A DNA stretch of 64,000 nt, taken from positions 62,001 to 126,000 of the forward strand of contig RHPI01002069.1 of NCBI GenBank assembly GCA_009103225.1. Direction: 5' to 3'. The notes beneath the pieces are model-generated. The model was given only the letters and a program-made list of their open reading frames with translations, searched no databases and was not told the origin of the DNA. The position numbers and the translations under genes were made by a program. Positions 58,471-64,000 of this stretch are shown here, in pieces; the stretch's first letter is position 1, and the number at the start of each line of letters is the position of its first letter. Source of the DNA: Chlorokybus atmophyticus. Lineage: Eukaryota; Plantae; Mesostigma and Chlorokybus algae.

Positions 58471-61400
58471 CGAGGACCTCAATTTGAGGTCCTCGTACTG
58501 CGCGCTGACGTGGGAGATCGACATTTACAACTGAATCGAACGCTGCCTGACGTGGCGGGCACCTTGGCTGATGGTGTCAGTGACCGTAGCACAAATTGTG
58601 CATTGTGCTGCACCACACCATGACCACAGTCTGGGAGCCCGAGGGGTTCTCGATAACTCATTTTGTCGACGGTTTAACGCGTGACGTGACGGGGACTCTG
58701 GTTGTGTCAACGTCGACGTGCGATGAATTGTCTATGTATGTCGATGTCGCCGTGCTTAGACCGGCGGGCTGTGTCGATGTCGACAGGGGCGGATTCGACG
58801 TTAAAAAAACCGTGACAGTTCGGGTTTGTCAACGTCGACAAGCATCGCTCGTGGAACCGTTTGGGCGGCAGGTGGCTAGTCAAAAATTCAAACAGACGAG
58901 CAGTACTGCAACTGTGCAGTGTGGTCGGCGGTGTGGGCGGTGAGAGTTGTGGGGATGGAGGTCTCCCCGGCGGCGGAGACGAGTGAGCGCGGTCTAGGCG
59001 ACGACGAGGACTCCGTCAATGAGGAGTCGCCGTTGCATGGAACTCCAACGTTTGGTCCATGCAGCGGGCAACCATCAGGCGTGGGTGAGACGGGCAGTGG
59101 AGAAGACCTTGGACAGTCTCAAGCCATTGTCCCCGCTGATGGTGCGCTTGCTGCTGTGGGTACCGGACAGACAGGGTCTTCTCCTACCCCATCTGAGAAG
59201 GCTAAAATAAAGAAGCGCAGGACCCAGCAGTCGGACAGTGCGCGGCGGACACGTGGAAAACAGGCCGACATCATTGAGGGCCTGCGTCGTGACCTCACCG
59301 TTTCAGATGGGGTGCCTGACAGAGAGGTGTGGGTGGTGGCGTTGGTTTCAGGGCGCACCTGGCGCCTTGCGGTAGATCGGAAAACGCTGATTATGCAACC
59401 GGTGAGTGCATCTATGAGCGCATGAGTGGATGATTGCTTGTGTGCTCACATTGTCGCACGTATGCTTGCAGGGTTTGCATCCTGCTTTCGTGCCTCCTGG
59501 TGCCAGACCAGAGAGCACTGCATACAGTGCAAGACAACCAGGCCTGGTGAGTGCATATCAGGGGTTGTGCCGTGGTGCTCTTATGTCAACACCGAGTTGC
59601 ATTTGGGTTGCTGACAGCTGTGCACAGGTGGTACGCGGCGCAGATATAGAGAATGTCGACCCCAATGTGGCGCACCAAGTGATGCGTCCTCCAGATACTC
59701 CCTTAGACCGCAATAACAGGCGCACTTCAGGGCGGCCTTTCAATGATTCTCAGCAGCCATTGTCCATGCTGTCGCCGAGCTGTGACAATGCTCACCTCTC
59801 CAGTCAGCACGTCAGTCAGGGTGCGGGTTATGGTGGGCGTCCTCTCCAGCCAGCACAGTGGAACGGTGGCACTCCTAACCAGTCTGCTAAGGATGCTGGT
59901 GTCTGGCACAGTGCAGGTCCGCATGCTCAGTTTGTACGCCCAATAACATATAGCTCTCAAGGCTAGTGTTGTGCAGATGCAGAGTTAGGCCAAGGACTGT
60001 GAGTGCATGTGGGTTATCAATATCAATATTATATGGCTATGAGTCCATCTCCCTCTGAGTTGTGGGTACCGGATGCTGCTGTGTCGGAATGCATGATGTG
60101 CTGCAAAGTGACTCAGAGTATGTGGCCAATGCAGATGCGCCTGAGGAATGTGAAGCTGTGCCTTTGAACATTGATAATGGTGACGAAGGACTGTGCACAG
60201 TGCAGGTGTGTTGGTTGTGGTGTGTGATGTGTACAAGCGATATTATGGTACAAGGTGCATCCGTCATGAACATTGCAAGCGTACATCTGTTGTGAGCAAT
60301 ACATAGAGTCCAGGCTGGTGCTGTGGGGCCATCCATTAACCGATGATAATGTTTGTGGTTAGGATGTGATGGCTGCATGGGAAGCGGACCGATGCAGGCT
60401 GTTGGAAATGATTAAGAACTTAACCGGTGACCTAAAAACTGGCTTGGCTGCGCAGCAAGGACTGCAAACCGAGCTGGCTAACATGATGAACTACTCCAGA
60501 CAGCGCAATTGTGCATGGGAGGAGAGAGAGGGAGTGCTGCGTGCCGAAGCAGAGGGGCTGCAGCAGCATGCTGACGACCTTCAACATCAGCTGCTAACTG
60601 CCAAGGAACGCAATCAGATCATGAAAGGCGAATTGGTTGAGATGGCGTGTCGAGGATACCACGAGCGCAGCCCGAATAGCAGCTCTCAAGCAAGGCCAGA
60701 GGAGGTGGCGGAGCTGCAGACGGAGATCAGTGGGCTTCGGGAGCAGTTGCGCGCCGTGCAGGAGTCCGCCCGCAGAGTAGTGGCCGATTTGGAGGCGGAG
60801 CACATGCGGTGAGCAGATGAGCACGGCCTGCCTATAGAACGTGGCGAGTTGGAACGGCGATTCAGTGCATGCCAACACCAGCTTTGGGAGCTTGCCAGGA
60901 CCAACGAAGACCTGCATGGGCAGCTGGAGGTGAGTGTAACTAGGCATGCAGTGTGACTGCATGCCAACTCTGCAAACTAACCTTCATGTATGCGGCAGGT
61001 CGTGCAAGCTGACCTGCGTGAGCGTCAGGATATGCATGACACCGCCGTGCTAAGGCTGACGGAGGCAGAAAACGTGGCCAACATGGCCCAGGAGCACGCC
61101 AGTGCGCTGCGGGCCCAAGTTGAGCGGTTGCAAGAGGTCGTGGACGCGTTAAGTCAAGGTGACGGTAACTCCTTGCCTGCGTGGCAGCAGCACCGCATGC
61201 GTTTGGATGAACACCTGGAGCTGCTGCGTGCTGTCGCTGGTGCACCAGTGGATAGCAGCCATGGTGGACAGCTGCCTAACGAGCCTGTGAAGTATGTGGC
61301 ATGGCATTTGTTGCAGAACACCACACCGGTCAAGCTCACTGAAGTCACCCGCTTTTACAAGTACCAGCACAGCCAGAATCTATTGCGCACTATCAAGCGT

Positions 61401-64000
61401 GTCCTGGGAGATGCGGTGTTCATCATTACTGGCCACCGAAGGAGCGGGACGCTGATATTGCCGTCCTGGGTTGACCCATCTACTTGTCTGTTGGGCATCG
61501 TGCAAGACACAGTAGGGCAGGAACACAGCGAGGACAGCGAATTGAGTGACAGGACGCTGGCGTACCTCAGTGGTCTCATGAAGCTGGAGACTGCAAGGCG
61601 CTGTGCCATGAACAAGTCTGTCTGCGCTGACGTGCGCTTCCTAGATGAGAGCAAGGAGTTGGACAACTGCCACTCAGACTTGCAGCGCCTCTTCAAAGCT
61701 CTGTGCAACGTCAGGACGAAACCAGAAATGGAGCCCAAACCATGGGAGCGTGCAAAAATGCTGCGTTGCGCATATCTGCTGAGTTGTGCGGTGTACACCC
61801 GAAACTCGCATGCGTACTCGCGCATGCATGTGGCAATTGCGGAGTGTGTAGACGCAATGAGCACGTGCAAACAGCTAATGTGGCTGTTGAACCGCTGTGG
61901 TGTCTGCACGAGTAAGTCCACACTCGACCGCGCCATCATGTCGCGATGCAAGGCCACCAAGGATGCACCCAGCCCGGTGCAGGCTGGAACCAGCGAGTTC
62001 ATCATCGCCAGCATCGACAATTGGGATTTCAAGTCTCCAGGACAGCTGCGATATAATGGAGGCGCAGACAAGGACCTGCATTGCACTACCACACAAGTGT
62101 GCATACCCTTGCCGATGCAGCGAGAGACTTTAATGGAACAGCCTGTGCCTGCGTTGCGTGCACGCACCTGTGCTCAAGCCCAGATGGAGGCGCCTAAATC
62201 GCAGGACATGGCAGTCTCACCGCTTGCTCGGCGACCGTTCGTGTACCCTCCATTGTCCGACAACATCACAGAGCTGCAGGCTCATCAGCGAGAGGCGAAG
62301 GATGCCTTCCATCTGGTCATGCACAACACTGTTGTAAAAAGAACGGAGATCCCAGGATACGACAGCAATTCGCTGAAAAACGTCCTCGCCAACTTGTGCC
62401 CAACAGAAGACAAGCCTGCAGGCCGGGTGCACTATCTACCTCTATTGCCATACAACCCGGACAAACCAGACCATATGAAGCTGGCCTTGCTTGAGTTGAA
62501 GCAGCGCCTTGGACTTGATGCAACCAAGCACAAGGTTTGCGTAGTGGGCGATCAGAAAACCTTCAGCCTCATGATACACTTGAAAAACACTGAACCTGGG
62601 TACTGGGACTGGGTACTCCCGATGCCAGGCGACTGGCATGCCCTGTATAATCTCATTCCAGTCATCTTCAAGGTGTATTGGGATGCTGGCTTGGACTCAC
62701 TATGCATTGCGGCCGGAATACCTGCCAGTACTGCACGAAACATGATTGCGGAAGGAAGCAACTGGAAGAGAATGCACGCCTACCTAGTGCAGAGTTGGGA
62801 AGCAATCTATCGGTACCAGCTTCAATGCTTTCACGCGGCATGCCCCACCGTGTGGAGCGACGCTGAGCAGAGCGTCGAAGATATGCACATGCGTGACGAC
62901 AGGCACTACACAGCGTTCTTGGAGTATGGACAGCGTCGTTCAGCAACTGACGCCACATGGGCCATGTGGTGGAATTACACCACACGCGATGCAGCAGCGT
63001 ACCTGGGCTTGTATTTTGCAATTCGCAGCAGCAACTGGCGACTACGTGTGGCGGCGTACAAGGCGCTGAGTCCACTGGCTTTTGCGTGGGATCGCCCCCA
63101 CTACCAGCGCCTGATTACACAACACCTGCACGACATCCTCACCTGGCCAGAAGACGTTCTCGAACACCTCCACGCTGGGGCGTTTTGCATCAGCCTGACA
63201 GGCAAGCCGTGCTGTAGTGTTGCAGGAGACGAAGCGCATGAGACTCTTATCAACAAAGATCTCAAGTCCACTCTGTGCAAACCAAATGCCGACTATGTTC
63301 AACGCAAAACCATGTACTTACCATATAGAGCGTTGGTGATCAAGAGAGTCATGCACTTGCTGAGACCGCTGTCCTCGGCACCCAACGCTGACAACACACC
63401 CCCGTTGGCGGTCGCCAGCGACAAGACAGGTTGCAATGTCAGAGCAATGCTCAGCATTTTAAAGCAGGCAGATGTGCTGGCTGATGACCATGGAGAACAG
63501 CTGGTGCACTTGGTCAACCTCCGTGAAGCAAGCCCTGCCGCAGCTGCAGATCTAGCTCGCCATTATGAAGTGGGCATGGACCAATTCCTGCTATACGCAA
63601 AGGTGACGCACTGCAAAGAGATGACAGCAACGAACGTGGGCCGACGGTTTGGCCTCAAAACCATGCTGTTGCGCAAGCAAGTCATCAGGGCAACACGGGT
63701 ACTGGAGCGCATGCGCAAGACCAAGACCTTGATACTCAATCAGCTGTGCAAAAGCCAAGCAACACAAGAGGCCTATCAGGCTCAGTACCAGGAGATCCCG
63801 CTTGCCCTCTTCAACGAAGATGGGAGCATGCGCAAGGGTGACAAAGCGTTGTTCTTAACGGAGCTTTGTGCGTCATGTGAGGGCGTCCAGCTGCTGCGAC
63901 ATCCTCCAGGAGTGGAGGTGGTAATAGCCGAAGGCATGTTCATGATCAACAAAACACCAGGCAGCGGCGTAAACAACATGCGGGACTACCTAGAGCAGAC
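58471..64000 (+). mobile_element. Academ(X)-like DNA transposon, right end outside window; left boundary approximate
   Basis: Transposase ORF (next feature) preceded by a CpG-rich non-coding region with a perfect 25-bp palindrome and four repeated GTCRAYGTCGAC-like motifs. Confidence 0.65.
58955..64000 (+). CDS. Large transposase: acidic/coiled-coil N-terminal exons, DDE core (DUF6589/Academ-like) and start of an XPG/PIN-like domain
   Basis: The exon from 60999 is open to the window end (~1000 aa): IASIDNWDF, LHCTTTQ, VVGDQKTF, PMPGDWHALYN, AGDEAHETLINKD, YQEIPLALFNEDGSMRKGDKA, VVIAEGMFMIN. There is one in-frame TGA at 60810-60812. Confidence 0.75.

Overview
Intron-rich eukaryotic nuclear DNA from a green-lineage organism, probably a flagellated streptophyte alga. 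This is inferred from plastid L4, OEP24, GT92/GALS and HEN4-like KH genes occurring with cilia-associated OSCP1. About 14 spliced protein genes can be assembled by eye: REXO/SDN5-like exonuclease, calumenin-like EF-hand protein, GALS-like GT92, PRP38, plastid L4, a small TM/coiled-coil protein, an unknown tail-anchored protein, a 5xKH protein, FtsH, OEP24, RPL36, BolA, OSCP1, a ureohydrolase and a P3A H+-ATPase. Most sit in head-to-head pairs. There is also an OEP24 pseudogene and two assembly gaps. Three mobile elements are present. (1) A decayed Penelope-like retroelement with GIY-YIG upstream of RT and 404-bp direct repeats. (2) Nested in its RT, a 467-bp TRIM with LTRs, PBS, PPT and a 5-bp TSD. 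It appears to carry a tRNA-type Pol III promoter split between the LTR (A box) and the internal region (B box); this is the most novel-looking item. (3) An Academ(X)-like DNA transposon whose >=3-kb open exon runs off the window end. All family assignments come from motif recognition, not database searches.
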